From assembly GCA_963843975.1 (NCBI GenBank), contig CAWJMG010000003.1, forward strand, positions 1,350,001-1,382,000: 32,000 nt of DNA, written 5' to 3'. The translations under genes were made by a program, and so were the position numbers. The stretch is from an uncultured Actinomycetes bacterium. GTDB taxonomy: Bacteria; Actinomycetota; Actinomycetes; S36-B12; CAIYMF01. The notes below the pieces were generated by a model. That model was given only the letters and a program-made list of their open reading frames with translations, searched no databases and was not told the DNA's origin. Positions 31,245 through 32,000 of the stretch are shown here, piece after piece. The stretch's first letter is position 1. Each line of letters begins with the position of its first letter.

Positions 31245-32000
31245 CCGTGCTCACGCCGGAGCAGGAGGTGTGGCGGTCGCGCGCGTGGGCGTCTTACCCG
31301 GGGATCCTCACGTTGTCGGGCGTCGGGCGCGACGACGACTCCGTGTTCCGGTCGCCGACCGTGTCCGGCGCCGACATGGGTGTGCCGCACCCGTGGGGAC
31401 TGCGCATCTGCGCCGGCGACGCTGCGCCGGATCCGTCGGACGCCGCGGCCGCGATCGCCTGGTGCACAAGGCGCGACGCCGGACACGGCTGGCGGGTGAG
31501 CGCGCCGGAGTCGCGATCCACCGACTGGGGCGAGCTCGAACGCGAGGAGCGCAGCGGCGTGTTCGCCACGGATGCCGCTGTCGCCGCAGCCTTCCCCCTC
31601 GTCGTCCCCGACGACGTGCGCCTCGACCACGACCCGACGTTGGCCGACATCCGCGCGGCGTACGGCGGATGGATGGCCGACGACCCGCTCGCAGCGCTGC
31701 TCGTGAGCGACGACGACCACGCGCACCCCGATCGCGCGTTCGTGGTCGCGCACCTGCACGGCGGGCCGGTCGGGTGCGCGTTCGTCTGGTGGGGTGAGGG
31801 CACGGCGTACCTGTCGGGCATCGGCGTCGTGGAGAGGCTGCGCGGACGCGGGATCGGCAACGCGCTGACCACGGCGGCGGCGCACGTCGGCGCGGCGCGC
31901 GCCGGCACCGACGTCGTGTGGATGTTCGCGACGACCGAGGGAGCGGCGCTCTACGGCCGCATGGGATTCGTGCTCGTCGACACCGAAGTGCAGCTGCGCG
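31241..32000 (+). CDS. GNAT-family N-acetyltransferase, with the 3' end beyond the window
   Basis: My own translation from ATG 31241 (ATGA overlap with the upstream stop) stays open to the window end. It contains the acetyl-CoA motif IGVVERLRGRGIGNALT and ...ALYGRMGF. It is not in the ORF track because there is no stop. Confidence 0.75.
   Translation, partial: MTVLTPEQEVWRSRAWASYPGILTLSGVGRDDDSVFRSPTVSGADMGVPHPWGLRICAGDAAPDPSDAAAAIAWCTRRDAGHGWRVSAPESRSTDWGELEREERSGVFATDAAVAAAFPLVVPDDVRLDHDPTLADIRAAYGGWMADDPLAALLVSDDDHAHPDRAFVVAHLHGGPVGCAFVWWGEGTAYLSGIGVVERLRGRGIGNALTTAAAHVGAARAGTDVVWMFATTEGAALYGRMGFVLVDTEVQLR

Noticed and set aside
1-32000. CRISPR arrays, tRNA or rRNA genes, insertion sequences, prophage or defence-system genes
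   Set aside because: I found no spaced direct-repeat arrays and no cloverleaf-like or rRNA-like AT/GC patterns. I also found no transposase, integrase, nuclease or helicase-type ORFs. Every sizeable gap between genes is accounted for by hairpins or promoter regions.

Overview
This is very GC-rich DNA with strong third-codon-position GC bias, many GTG starts and 4-nt start/stop overlaps, which fits an Actinomycetota chromosome. Most long ORFs in the six-frame track are off-frame or antisense shadows rich in Arg, Pro, Gly and Ala. I called 31 coding regions by family motifs and noted one further open-frame tail. I saw no rRNA, tRNA, CRISPR array, transposase or integrase.

The window has three blocks.

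(1) 1-14614: a scattered phenol-hydroxylation and meta-cleavage catabolic set.
- Enzymes: HsaA-like flavin-dependent oxygenase, flavin reductase, BphC/HsaC-type extradiol dioxygenase, two paralogous BphD/HsaD-type hydrolases, 2-keto-4-pentenoate hydratase, acetylating acetaldehyde dehydrogenase and an FAH-family enzyme.
- Two MFS transporters.
- Regulators: two IclR regulators and one tandem-duplicated TetR.

(2) 14678-27096: a CUT2-type ABC importer (lipoprotein binding protein, ATPase, permease) lies divergent from a tightly coupled eight-gene operon.
- Gene order: ICL/PEP-mutase-family lyase, FAD enzyme, SDR, isochorismatase-like, TcuA-like FAD enzyme, Asp/Glu/hydantoin-racemase-like, FAD enzyme, MBL hydrolase.
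- I cannot map this operon to any characterised pathway. It is my best candidate for an undescribed system.
- Two of its enzymes have lost the canonical catalytic cysteines of their families.

(3) 27196-32000: housekeeping-like genes (FrnE/DsbA-like oxidoreductase, tRNA-dihydrouridine synthase, alpha/beta hydrolase, small hypothetical, glyoxalase-like, GNAT).

Other notable observations:
- The flavin reductase is fused to what looks like an IclR-type effector domain with no HTH.
- The TetR is a single-chain double repeat.
- Two unrelated genes, the ABC ATPase and the DsbA-like gene, each need a +1 frame change at the same 11-mer, TCGAGCTTCTC.
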